Below, piece after piece: positions 46,911 through 60,640 of a DNA stretch of 64,000 nt (positions are counted from its first letter, which is position 1; each line of letters starts with the position of its first letter). The stretch comes from Fimbriosthenelais zetlandica (taxonomy: Eukaryota): NCBI GenBank assembly GCA_977030845.1, contig OZ365111.1:14012001-14076000 (forward strand). Reading direction: 5' to 3'. The notes below the pieces were generated by a model. It had not been told where the DNA came from. It did not search any database and worked only from the letters and a program-made list of their open reading frames with translations. The translations under genes and the position numbers were made by a program.

Positions 46911-49900
46911 CCATATGGAACTTACAATCCTCCTTGAATTCAAAGTCCTTGAAACTAATAAGTGTCATTTCAGGTGTCATTTCAAAACGTCTTCAGACTA
47001 CGTTTGACCTTCCTCCATTAGGCTCACTATGGAACTCAGCTGGTACCAGGCCTATTTTCGCAGCTACCAGGAGGAAATGAAAAAGCACTCTTAGTGTGTT
47101 CAGACAATGTGTTACCCATCAACAAGCAATTCAATATGGCTGAGCCTACCATTTCACAGAGACACGTACGGGGCCCGTTTAAAAAAGACTGATGCTACCT
47201 TATGAGCTAATGGTAAGTCTATAGGTCTTAGTACATGGGGTATTCCCTCTGAAACACACCCCAGTGGGCCAAGTCATGAAGAGCGAGTGCTTTGGACCCA
47301 ATAAATCCCCTCAGACCTAGTAATGGACTCTGAATTACCTCTAGACAACGGTGGCCACCTCTGCACAGATCTGTTATAGCAAACGATGCTCATTAGAGTC
47401 CATTGGTTGCTGGAGGTAAGGACAAGTACCTTGATGTAGTGGAACATAAGCTCATTGGTCTTCTATACTGCCGTAACCAGGCTCCTCTGTGTACACAGCA
47501 CACCCCCAGGCCACAATTGGCCAAATGTCACTGACCGCATACATAAGCTATTGGTACTTTTACATTGCAAGGGGTACAATTACAGGTACAAACTATATGC
47601 TATATCGTCGCAGCAATAGATTTTCGGTAAACGGCAATGGTTTTTTGGACGACGTGATTGGCCATTGATAATCCAATTAGCAATACTATTATTGCATATA
47701 TATACGTAGTGCCATAATAACGTGCCAAAGTTCTATGGTACAAGTCGTGTTAACAATGCCAACTTGCACAAAAACATACTGCCAATCAATCTATTGCATT
47801 TGCAAGTTCAGTATATGAAATGTTCTCTGTGACTGCGATATATTCTCAATACAGTATTTCTGTACAAGTTCAATGTAGCACGTACCTTCAGGAATTCTTT
47901 GCTTATATATGAAGAGCTTCTTCCCAGGGTTCGATGCTTGCATTGTTCTATAACTTAGCACCATGAATGTTCTCTATATATAACCCTTCTATACTTTTTT
48001 CCTGCTGTAACTGTAAGCTCATGGGAACTTGTGTACCTTGAGCGGGTCACGCGCCCCCATAAGCCAGGTGTTATATAGACCAGCTCCTTCCCACAGTCTT
48101 TAAACACACGAGTATTGTGTCTGTCACGACTGCTATGGGAAACTGACAGCTCTCTATAGGATATTGCTTTCCATACTTTGCTCTTGTATAAATACCATTA
48201 AATAGGGAGACAATTTACCATGCCGCATTCATTGAGGCCCCATTCAGATGGTGTGACAGACTCTTGGATATGGCAATTGGACATTATGTCTTGCAGTAAA
48301 TAACGCTTTTGTTCCATTCAATGTAAAGTTTTTGTCGATCATATATATTTCCGTCCCATACATAGCAGCCATTATTTAGAGATAAAGAGATATGAAAAAG
48401 ATCTTGGTATGACGGTAATAACTATTGGACATTAATATACGAATACCTCAGATGATATATGATAAAACATGGTTGATATAAGGCAGAGCAGCTGGGAACG
48501 GATCTGTTACTCTATCTATTAAGGAATATTAAGGAATGGATGACGCGTGAAATAGATGTTGATCTATATTCGTGATGTAGGTCAGAAAGAGCGCCTCCTA
48601 CATCCCATCTCAAGCCACACCTGTGTACTTTTTTCTCTCCTTCAGCCTGAGATAATGTAAAAGCATGGATAGATGTTACTCCACCCATCTATCACTGACG
48701 GCTTGTTACATAACACATCAAGAACGTTCAGCCTTTCGCAATTCCACTAACCACACTACCGCTCAAGAGATTCATGAGTTCATATATCAGGAAGCACTTT
48801 TCCCCATATCCAGACATGCATGCATTGATGTATGCACAGACTGATGCCCACCCATTGAGATGTATTTTATTTAAATGTGAACTGCTGCTGCGATTTTGCC
48901 CATCGAGGTGCATGCTTATCAGCGAAACACACATGTCCACGAGGGCTCCTTCAACACATAGCTCTTCTCCAAGAACTACAGGGGTTCATTGGTAAGCCAT
49001 GGCAAGGTTCCTATATTGCAAGCCACACTTGGCTGATACACCAAAGATTACAGCTCTATCCCACAAAATGGCATATTTGCCATAAATAGGAGGCAGCTGC
49101 ATGCATCGCTAAAATCGCTATACAAATCATTAGACTTTCCATAGATGTGTCCATATCTGTATGAGTCCTAATGATCCGGACGACCATGGTCTCAACCCAT
49201 ATTGCCCTCTTTTGCTGCAACCCTCGCTTTTATCGAGGCGTGGTTAGAATTCCCTTTCCATAATTGAGAGTTCTGCAGATTGTTCCTTCGACATCTGCCC
49301 ACCTAATTGCAGTAAATGAAGGGGCACACACTAAAGGAGGCCAGACATATACATACGATTACAAGTTGTAAGTGTTGAACTTCATATTTTGTTGGTAGTT
49401 CTTATCAGATATTCATGCTCTTATGCATGCATGAGCAGAAAGCTGTGTTAATGAAGGCAGATTTGGATAAAAATTATTTTTGTGTCACCCATTCGTTCTT
49501 GGTGCATTTAGCTCTACAGGATATTAATCTTATTATGAAACATAATCAGTATCAGGCCGGGTTCCATGACTTTGACCTCTCAAAATAGTTCCTTTGTAGA
49601 AAACAGTATCAGGTGAACAAGTGTTAACATGTAAATGACAAATATCCAACACAACTTTCTAGCTGTACTCCACCAAGCTTCCTGCCGTCCCATATTTCAG
49701 AGCCGGAATAATGAAATGTTTCTATAAATGTCAGTGGAATTTCATCTCTCCTTATAGCATGACATTTCCCATTGCCACATCCCCCCTCTAATTAGGAACG
49801 GTATTTTTGTTGGAGCAAGCCGACTCCACCGTGCAATCAAGGCCTCTGTTAATACATGTATTATGGACGTTTCAACAATGTTCAGCACAACTTCCCAGGG

Positions 49901-50489
49901 GCGAAATATGCAGCAGTACCAACAACAGTAAAAGCATTGACATTCTAATGTTATTGCTTCTGTCTGAGTCAATTCAACGCCAACCTCCCACGCCGAACGT
50001 TAATGATTAATTTCCATTTCCATTCCATAATATGTGTGTGCACCTAAACGTAATATTAAGAAGTAAATCATATTGGTCTTTTTAATGAGCATGGAAAAAA
50101 AGGGCCCCTTCGGCATTGATCCATTTATATTCCACTCATAACATAGGATTTCGTGAAATTTCAGATTTCTTCTCAAGGCATTATATAATTATATGGTTAA
50201 TTGCTAATAAAAGCATTTAGGAATGTCAGAAATATAAAAATGTACGTCTTCTGCAGGAGGAACTTCTAACGCAACAGCCCGAAAGCTGGGGCTTGTTTCA
50301 AAAGAAAACTTAGAAGACCTTGATGTATGAGCTGAGGCTACTCCAATATTTGACCAATATGCTCCCATCCCATTTTTTTAGCATTGCTTACACTAATAGC
50401 ATTGTTTCCGAGTATCTTTTGGGACCGTAATTGGCGTTGTCCTGTTACCTGTTACACTTGTTTTCGAAACAGGACTCTGAATAGACACA

Positions 50490-51070
50490 TAGTATATTAC
50501 CATGCACGAAATATGACAGCTGATGTTATATATGATATGCGATTTAGACTGACATTAACTTCTGATGATAAAGAGATGGAGTTTGCCATGGTAACTATCT
50601 GGTAGGGAGCCTGAGACAGGCTGTCGTCTGCTGGAGGAGTGGCTGAGAGCTTTGGAGCTGGGGGCAGAGGGCGGGGGACATGGGTAGGTCGTCTGGCCCT
50701 GTTAGACTTGTAGATGATGTGCTCCTCTGGGGGAAAATGAGTCAGCTATGCCTAACCCTACTGCCATACCCTTACCTCAGGGGAGATGGGGTTGGCAGGC
50801 CATTAACAGAACAGTCTGTCTCATCGACGGAATTAGATTATCAGGGCATTGACCTCGAGGTCATAATCATATCTCGGCTGTTTTTGAAGGATGTCCTTTG
50901 TCGCTTTTGATTAAGGTTCTCTGTGCAATGTCCTCGAGTACGCTGTCAGATGTGGCATTGTTTCGAAACAATCTGGACACAGGAGCACATTGCGTGAGAC
51001 AGGCTTAGTTTACAACCTTTGGTCTACATCTTCTATGGCCTCTGACAGTCTGTGCTAAAGGCAGTCTGAT
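50490..51070 (-). pseudogene. Two exon-like segments separated by a 49-nt intron-like sequence
   Basis: gag|gtaagg...ctgactcattttcccccag| at 50775-50727. The downstream segment is open (EEHIIYKSNRARRPTHVPRPLPPAPK...). The upstream segment has stops in all frames. Confidence 0.3.
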
Positions 51071-54000
51071 GTCTGCAACCTAAATCAAATGATGGTCTAC
51101 ATTCACAGTTCTCGTACTCCTTTCTAAACTGATAGAACTGCATGTTATACAAATACATATATCATAGTTGCCACTCTCACTGTCTTCATCCTAGTGAGTG
51201 AGTAATATTATATCCCATTTAATACTCACAAAATGTTCCCTTTCCAGGTTTGATCTGATAATTTTATTCAATGAGCCACTCAGCTTCCTGCTTTCAATTT
51301 ACTGAAAAGGATATACTGAAAAGGTGAGCAAGAAAAAACCATCGAATATGTGAGAACAAAGTAGTTCTGGAGGTGAGCAAGTGTCCTATGTCAGTCCCAT
51401 TGACTTGCTTCCCACCTAACCCTTGTCTACTCTCTGACACATACATCCATTATGTATACTCGAGGTTGTGTTTTCTGTACCACAGGATAGGATAGTTATC
51501 CTTTGTGGTTGAGCAAGCACTCCCAGTAATCTTGCTACTGCAAGGCAAGATGAGAGGGGATCAACTTTAAGAGTAGGAGGGAAGTGTAGCCTATACACTC
51601 CAAATCCAATGATGGAATGCACGGCTCCGTAGTTGGTTTTCTAATTTGAAATAGTTGGGGCACTCTCTGTACTAATGGAGATACAAAGGAATTTGATACT
51701 TGCATATAAGATGGTTATTTTACCAGGGATGTCTAATTATATCTGATATAATATGCAATGGTAATCTTTCGCCGCGAGCTATCCCATGACTTCGAGTTGG
51801 ACTTGTCATATTCAGCATGGGCAATTGATGGATTGTCTTATAAACATCAGTAACTGGTACTATTTGACATTAGCTTAGTTTGTACAGCCCCCACCTCACT
51901 GAAACAAAATCTAACCCATTTGGATCATACGGAAAGCTGTTTTTCCTGGGTTCTTTCTGGACCTTTTTAATCTAGTCTAATCTAGCAATGTCGATAAAAA
52001 GGAACCTTTATCGTCTTTCCAGACAAACCGCGTAGATATGGACCATTCATGAAGTGATTCAATGTTTGGCGTATCTATACTACCACTACTCAAGCCACAT
52101 TCATTTATGGTCAATCAATCATGTCACGACAGTCTGAGATCAACATAAAATTTAATCAATCGGTGTCTTACATCAAGCATACCTTATCTTCAGCCTATCT
52201 TGAAGTCTCCAAACATTGATTAAAATAAATGACCCGATGGCTATTTCGGACATTAATTACAAGATTGCGTTACATCTCCCAGCAACGGTTTCTCGAAATT
52301 ATCATGCCTTTCGTGTGCCGTTCAAATATTTTTTTATCGTGCAGTCCTCAACTTCTTAGATAACTCAGGGATACAAGATACATGAAGGGAACATGCTGTC
52401 GGCAGATATTGGCCTGCTCTTCTCTAACAAGAGCAGTGGGTCTTTTGACATGCCTCTCCTCACAGACAATTTGAGACAGGGACATCCCAGTTGGCAGTTT
52501 AGGGTGCTGAAAGACAATGGGCAATTTGAAAATGCACGGGCATTTGAACCGGGGAAGTCTACCACTGTGCCTCATGTCTTTTCATAGCCCACATCGTGTC
52601 TGTTATATCATGCCAGATGCATGTGAGTGCAAGAAATCCATTTAAAAATATTGGAAACAGGGAACTGGTAGATGACATGGCACTGAATATTCAGGACGGA
52701 TGGGAATGCCGCTATGATAGGTTCCTATTACGGTCCAGAGGGAATTCCTCCAGTCCTGATCAATATTTAGATTAGTGGAACCTGTTATTGACATTCACTA
52801 AGCTTGGTTCTCCGAGAGAATGATGGAGGAGCGGCAAATTATAGGCCACCATATCTCCTCTCTCTCTCTCAACTCCCCCCGTCTTTCCATTATTCTCGGT
52901 TCAAACATGGCTTCTTCAGAGGCAGCCTCTTCAATTATAGAGAGGCATTATGCTTTTAGGCCGACTAATTATGCCCAGTTTGGAATCCTAATGGACTGAG
53001 ATGACAATGTACACTTGTTTTTGTCAATATAATTATACAATGTGTTTTAATGGATAGCTAGAGGCTTGCAGCGGGAGGAACAATCTGTTGCTGAGTATGA
53101 TAGCTGTTTGATGGACTTGGTACTGAGGGGATGTTTCCTGATTATGATGCACTACCCAATTAGCCAAGCATATGTAGTGAATCTATGGGAGAATACAGCA
53201 GATATTTCTCATGAAACGGGCCCTTTAAAATATGTCTCACATAACCTGTAATTGCGATAAAAGTTTCAGGATTATGTTTTAACCTGCATTCATAACTATA
53301 GCAAATATAGGGCAAATGTATGACACTTGGTCTGTTCCAAAACCGACAGATATAATGATTGAAATCTGCAATATCTGTTGACCACTTGGCGTGTTTGGGC
53401 TTCGTATATATGAGGACAGGTCTTTACTTTCCGGGTCCAGCCAAGTCACCTGAAAGGCCTGAGAGTTTCACTACTGATGGCAATGACCTTTGATTATTTT
53501 ACCATACCCTTTTCTTTTAGTGATCGTTCTCTCTGCCTGACGTGGCTTGATTGCAGTGAGATGCAGTCTAATATATCAGCCTCAAATGGCATAGGTTAGT
53601 GGCGGTGCCAACTGATATCTGCTCGCCACCGGAAGTAGGGGATCCAGACTGTCCGGATGTTAGGTAGCCACCTGTTGGACCATTCTAGACCTATACTGGT
53701 ACTGCTAATCGGAGACTTGTCTTGACCAGGTCTGACACTTTTATCATTGAGTCAAGATATTAAACCACCTTGGCTTTTCTGCAATGAATTTAGAAGTGTT
53801 TTTGTTCTAAATGATTTCAACTAGGATGTCATTACCGAAACGACAATGCCGCTGCTTCTTTTGTTAGTTTGACTGAACGTTTGAAATTCATGAATGTGGG
53901 AAAGAAAATTGGAAATTGGAGAGGCTGGGTGGTGGGTGGGTGGACATGCAGCGGGATGGATGAGAGTGTGGTAGAACTGATGGTAGGGGTGGGGAGGGCT

Positions 54001-54539
54001 ATATTGGGGAAGAAAGGGGAGTGGATTGAATCCCTATTCGATTTGATATATATGATCACACTATTCGTCTATTTTAATATAATGCTATTCCCTTGATTAA
54101 ATTTGCCGTTTTCGTTGTGAATGACTTGTAACTGCAGGTCTTGTAACCGCAACAAATAGATGGGTCCAACTAGAGGTAAATGATTGCTTTCATTAAGCTG
54201 TTACCATCGTAATGAGTTCCTAAAACGGAAATAAAATCCATCTTGTTGAGAATTTGAGGGTAATGGATTCTGCTCAGGCAATGAGCAATCATAAACTTAA
54301 GCAGATTGGCCGATATGTCTTAGAGCATATACTCTGGATATAATTTAGATTTTAGAATTCGACAAAACTGATATATACGTTACATTTACCTCATTAATTC
54401 TGGCTACTACTGCTTGAATATTTAATTAGTAAAGATGTACTTCCAGTATTTGTAGTAGGCCTATTTCATGGCGGAGGCCTATCAGCTCTCGAAACATTAG
54501 ACGAAAAAGTCTCACATTCTTGTTCTCACGTTTCTGCAG

Positions 54540-54656
54540 GTCGAAACTAGAGCAAGACATGCTAGGATAGGACACTGAAAGCTGCCACATTTCAGCATTC
54601 AACTGAATCCATCATTTCTACTTAAGAACAGATCGACTATTCACCACGGAGTAAAG
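54540..54656 (+). other. Non-coding exon-like cassette
   Basis: Strong acceptor ttgttctcacgtttctgcag| and tandem donors aag|gtaag|gtaagt. All three frames contain stops. Confidence 0.3.
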
Positions 54657-55008
54657 GTAAGGTAAGTGTAAAACTTTTACACCATAGTCAAACCAGCCAT
54701 GTCACCTTGAGACGCTTTTATCCACTCTGCCAGCACTCTGACGCTTCCGGAAGCTTTACAAGCATCACGATGTTGGGTAGTGAATGATTAAAGTGATTTG
54801 TGAGTGATAATTATGTGATGTGAGGTCAGGTGGAGGTGATATGAGTGGAAGGGAAGGCGTGGGCTGAGGGCTGCTGCATGTAGTTCACATTATATTATAC
54901 CATCGACAACTTATTATACTAGCTGACATGTCTATGATACAATGCTGAGTTAAATGTACTATAAAAAGTACCACATGCAGATACATGCCTAAATATAACA
55001 TCCTATGA

Positions 55009-55107
55009 TTATGAAACAGGTTTCATAACATATATGCATAGTTATGCATAGTTATGAAACAATCCCCAAGGGCTAATGCAACAAGCCCCAAGGCCTTGTT
55101 TCATAAC
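55009..55107. mobile_element. Small inverted-repeat element (MITE-like remnant)
   Basis: ttatgaaac 55009-55017 / gtttcataa 55020-55028 form a hairpin. gttatgaaacaa 55051-55062 / ttgtttcataac 55096-55107 form a perfect 12-bp inverted repeat. Confidence 0.6.
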
Positions 55108-56759
55108 AATGCTGGCTTCAAAGATTGCTCTACCTAAGCCAAACATTCAGAGTATTTTCACTTCAATCTTGGAGCCAGAACTATAATATTTTGTCAGTAT
55201 AATTACCGGTATATATTTTGTTTGTGTGTTAGGTCCATGAAGAAGACACTCCTGATATTGTATTGAAATGTCTTGATCAATTCAAGAAGCGCAAATACCC
55301 AGTTCCAAAACAGGTTAATTGGGTAAAACCAGTCGTTTCATTGAAGCACCTTTCGTCGTTAAGTAGTATATGGAAAAGGTTCCTTCGTGGCGGCTTCTTT
55401 ATGAATTGAATTTCCTCCAGACCATGTTTTACTGTGGAAAGTGACTTTTTATGGCCTGGTAAAGCCTTTCCTCTATTAAATATATTGATTTCTCCAGGAA
55501 GAGTGTCCCTCTGAAGGCAAAAATGAGGTTAATATCGTGGTAGTGAATAAGAAATCACATCAAAAGCGCCGGCACTGAAGAAATCCACTATTTGATCTCA
55601 TATGCAAACCTTTGAAGAGTGATGATTGCCTACGGGCTCCTTGCAGACACAATATTTATAGCAGATCCCTTGGGAAACAGAATATTAATTCCCTAATTAG
55701 ATAAAAAGCCAGCCGCCATCAAACAATTAATGTTCTACTTTGTGAGCAGGCTTTGAACTTATGCGACGGTGGGTGACTGGTGGCGGTGGTGGTTGTGGGG
55801 ATGGTGGGTGGTGGTGGCGGTGGTGATCTTGGGGAGACTGGTGGGGGTCGCGGCTGCTAATGCCATTACATGGACTGATAAAAGAGAACAACACTAATCC
55901 ATTACCTGCAGGTCAAGCCCAGTGTTGGGGCACGTTTGGGAAAACACTCCCTCGGGTTATATGGCCTCTACAGCCCTGATATTCATTCCATTACTCGGTG
56001 ATACAGATATAATAAATGGCACCTAACATAGTCACTACCAGAGAAAGCCATCTCTCTTGTATAATCGTTTAACCACCAGAATATTCAGCCCTGCAACACT
56101 GTTTCTGCAAATCTATTTCTCGTCCCAATTGATCTTTACAATATTGTGTTTCCTTGACAAAACATTTCAGGGACATTTTAACATTGATTTGCTGCCAATA
56201 AACATCGCCCATCCTTTATTGTTTGTTTTTTCACGTGCCTCTGCCACTTTCCCCCCTTGTCATTCTTCTGTGTTTAACCCAGCCACAAAGAAGCACAAAA
56301 GGGAGATGGCGGTTAATCCCTTGAGAGTCATCCCACCCCTGGAAGTGGCTCTGGCGGTGCGATACAAGATCAGGCCTTCTTCCATCAAAAGATCCAAAGG
56401 TGTCAGTGATAACGTGCACACCCCAATCTTCTCCTAATTAGCCCTGCTCTTATCAGGCATCGGGAGCAAACCTCATCCGCCAGTTCAAATACCCGCAGGC
56501 CCGGTGTCGGTCGCCTATAATCGCTGATTACCTCTAATGTCACAGCGTAAACACTGGCCTGTATTTTCAGGGTAATTACCGTAAAATTGATGGCAGCATC
56601 TTGGCATGGCAGGAATTGCTGTATAAGACATTGCCACAGCCATCTGCTCCATGCCTTTGTCGGAGTTAAATGCAGGGATTTACATCTTGAGATGGAATTT
56701 TGTGTTATGACTGAACGAAGTGAAGGTTCTGTTGCAACATCACAAAGCCAGAGTTGATT

Positions 56760-56905
56760 GAGTCCTGAACAAAGCCAAATTTGTCTTTGGACTCAACTAG
56801 GCCAAATTTACCTTAGACCTGAACAAATTATAGTTAACTTTGTGTTAGGAGTGGACAAAGCTAAATCTGTCGAACAAAGCCAATTTTGTGTTAGAACCCA
56901 GCCAA
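56760..56905. repeat. Degenerate approximately 27-bp minisatellite
   Basis: Recurring gaacaaagccaaatttgt(c/g)tt(a/t)g-like units, about five copies. Confidence 0.55.
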
Positions 56906-58999
56906 GAACTAAGCCTCGATGGACATGAAGTGTAAAACTTACCTAATATATTCTGGTACAAGCCCCCAGGGAAATCAGGTTTAGAACAAGGAGACAAGGA
57001 CATCCATTGTTACCTGGTCGTGACAGTTCCAGCTACCCCAATGCATCACTTATGCACGATGCAGAGCTCTATTTTCATCAGTGTTCTTTGGTAACAGGAG
57101 CACATACCATTGCCATGGTTTTCAATTTGCTCATAGCAGTCTCGCACCAAATGTTCATTCCAGCTGGACCACCCCTCCATGTACAGAATTGCAGTGCTAG
57201 AATCTTTGAATATTTTGCGTTCTAATGTAACCAACCAAAACCAATAAAATTAATGTTTTAGCTATGGAAATCCAATAGTCACACTTAGATTGCATGGTCA
57301 AATAAAGTTACATCACATACACTTAAATATGACAATTTATATTGTGTATTTCTGCTGCTGGAAATCCAAGTGGTTGACGGATGGATGTCAAAGCGTTACA
57401 TATCATTATATCCTCCTGTTTAATATGTGATATTGCAATAGAAACTGGCTCTAGCCTACATGTAATGCAATCACTCCAATTATCTGTCTTATCTTTATGG
57501 TAAATTGTCACAGCAAATATTACTTGGCCAAAATGTTGCGACTAGAAATGTCTGCAGACGTACATGTCTGGTCTTTCCATATTAACATACTTTGGCAAGG
57601 AAGTATTTTTGGTCGCATGTAATAACTTATAAAACCCGCATCGAATTCAATAGCAAATCAAGTTTCAAGCCAACATCAGAAATGTAAAGCAGATATTCCA
57701 AAATCTATTGAACCAATCTCATTGAGTTCCACTACAGGCTGGGGCAGGAAAAAGCTTCCACCTGCCAGAACCTGTCCCCAAAGTCAGACCTAACAGCCAT
57801 TAAGTGCAATCATTTGGTCCCATACAACCATATGTTACCTCACTGAGGGCTCCCATGGGACTGACTTTCCTCCTTGTTGGGAGCAGCCAGTGGCTCAGTT
57901 CATCTAAGGTGCCCTATGTTTCCTTGCTTTTGATTTTCGTCTGATGTGGCTTCCAAGTATACTGCACGATAAAAGGGCCTTTATAGCAATTGAATGCCCT
58001 TTCAATGAGGGCGGCCGAGCCATCAATATACGTGCAGGTCTATAGTTTACAGAATAAAGGCTGTTTGCAGGTGTCTGAAAGTGTGAATGGCTAGATTTGG
58101 GCTGATGAAAGGCAGCCTTTTATCATTAGAATTTCATACCCGGGGGACATTCGGATGACTTGGTGCAAGGTTCTCGACATTCACAATAAAAAGTGTTGTT
58201 GGGTTCTGTTGGGTTGAAGCATCATTTGAGTGCAGCTGCAGCTCGAGTGAATGTTTCTTTCATAATTTCCACTTCATTTTGCACCAAAGTTCCGGCTCTG
58301 CTTCCTCCTGTATCTTTTATAGGTAACGTGGGCGGAGATAGCGTGAAGCGACTTAGTTCAGTAAATGAAGGACTTGCTGATAGGGGGAGAATTTATGTGT
58401 ACAGTCCCACATGGAGTCCATATACAGTGTCTACTGGACAAAAGCCATGCTTAAACTCAGAGATTATCAGTTGTTTATGGCTGTACTTATGGTAAATCAT
58501 TGGAAAGGGTTCAATGGGCTATTTGTTAGGAATTCTGTCAGCGGTTGCTGATGTTCTGTACATTCAAAAGCAGCTAAAGAGATCTCGCATATAGATAACA
58601 CATGCTTTCCTGAAGATTTGGTCATCCAAGTGGCCGAAAATGAAGTGAACTAGGGCCAGGAACTGAAAAAAATATCAATGTATTATGGAATAATTGAATC
58701 ATACTTACCATATGTGATATTCTGAATTACTCTTTATGTCTTGTTCCTTTTGCTTAGTCCTTTCCTTATTGCTGATCAGTTTTCCAGTATTTTGTCCCAA
58801 TCATCTCGTGATACGGTTTCCAACTTCATTACCTTAATTCTTGAAGATAAGAATCAAGGTAGGGTCTCTGGCTCATTGGAGAATGAATATCTATGACATT
58901 CTATCTAGCTAACCTAGGTGAATGTAAATGTTTTGCGTGGCATGTGGCGTCACGTTGGTTAGAAACACACATTGGAACGTGACATTGCATGGCTGATGG

Positions 59000-60640
59000 A
59001 TGGTATCTGATGCCTCATCAAGCAAGCATGCTGTGTCAACATGCAAATGCTAATACCGCACATTCAGTACAGCATGCCACAGGTTCCACCTGTCTTGTCA
59101 TCAAACCACAGGCGAGATGAAATAACCAGACAGACGTAATTCAATCAACGTCAAAGTCTCAGATGTAATTGGAGTGCTCAACTGCCACTGTGAGTGCCTG
59201 CGGTTATAGGGCATTGTCTACAGGTATGGCTTTATAATAATATCATGATCTTTGAATACCACCATGCAGTTACTTCCTTTGATGCCAGCTCCAAAATCTC
59301 AGCTGTATTTCAGAGAGATAAGCTTGGTTTCCTCAGACTGGCCTTGGAGACGACAGCAGCTGACTCTAGGGAACCTGAGTCAGGATCGACAGACACAGGG
59401 TCAGATCGAATGATTCCAAGCTCGGTGGGTGTATGTAGCCGACATATATGTAGCAATCCATTCACTCACCCATCCATTCACACACTGGACTTACCCAGTC
59501 ACCTGCTTCTGATCACTTGTCTCCCAAACAAACAGTGATTGCCAGAATCACAGTCACAGGACGTCGTCCTGAATGAAGAATGTGCTGATGAGCTGAGCCG
59601 ACTATACGGTAGTGGGTGTGGATGGATAGCGCTCGGCCTCAAGTCTCTTGTTTTGTAGCTCCCGGGGACCCTCCTCTCCCCTCTCTGGCCCGCTGGTTCC
59701 TCCTGCGGCCTACAGCTGCCGATGTCAACACCGGATGCAAAAATCAAAATCCTGCTCCCATATCCAGTCTCTTTCTACTTTCTCTTCTTCTTCCAAGCTC
59801 CACCTCCTCCTCATCCTTCTCCTCATCCCCCGTTCTCACGAGCTCTGTCTGACTCGCAGGACCCCTGTTTCCTCACTGTTGGAGACAAGAGTCGTGTCAC
59901 CGACTTTATTTCCCAGCCAGCTGCAGAAGGTGATGGGGGGAGAGACAACACATGCAGCAGTTGTTGCTCCGGAGCGATATCGCTCTGGGCTCAAGCATGC
60001 AGCTGTTCCTGCAGTTGGTCCGTGTTCAGGTATCAAAGCTGCCTTGAGGTAGAGGACCCACTGGCTCAAATAAGGAGCCATAGAAATAGGAGGACGGGCA
60101 TGCCATCTACTATATTGCATGCGAAGCTGGTGAGAGAAGCAGCTTTGATTGGGATGTAGAGTGTATTGGAAGGAGAGATGTTTACATGAACGGAGGATAT
60201 ACTCGATCTTGCTAGCTACCACTCTGCCCGATTGTGTAGGATTGCATGATGGCAAATAAAAGGAATATCACATGTCCTTTGTTATGGCCGCCTCATGAAA
60301 TACCACCTGAGGTTATCCAACAAATTCACCAAAATGTTGTTTCTGTGATTGCCATCTACTGGTGCCAGTGTTTGAGAATGTCCTGAAACACTCAGAAATG
60401 TATTTCTTCTGCTCATGTTTGTTGACAGAAGAAGAGCATTACTTGTCCTTGCCAACCTGAGTATTATCACTTTCATCGCCTTGATCATATAGCATGAAAG
60501 ATCAGGTGATCTGAGACCAAAAGATGCAGGATCTAAGGGAATGCTTTGTGTAAACTGAAAGACGTCTGAAAAGAAGCATTGAATCTCATGCAAAGCATAC
60601 AGATATATGACTTCAAAGGCCTTTTTTCCACTTTTTCCCT
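59000..60640 (-). pseudogene. Decayed exon-like segments, product unidentified
   Basis: GC-rich tract with long partial ORFs (60707-60282, 60255-59836), an acidic/basic stretch GDEEKDEEEVELGRRRESRKRL, and a donor ctgg|gtaagt near 59494. Several frameshifts are needed to join frames. Confidence 0.3.

Noticed and set aside
9039-50595. Several RFX X-box-like palindromes (for example 9039, about 30375, about 43810, about 50581)
   Set aside because: Scattered, not tied to an identified TSS, and such degenerate palindromes are common.
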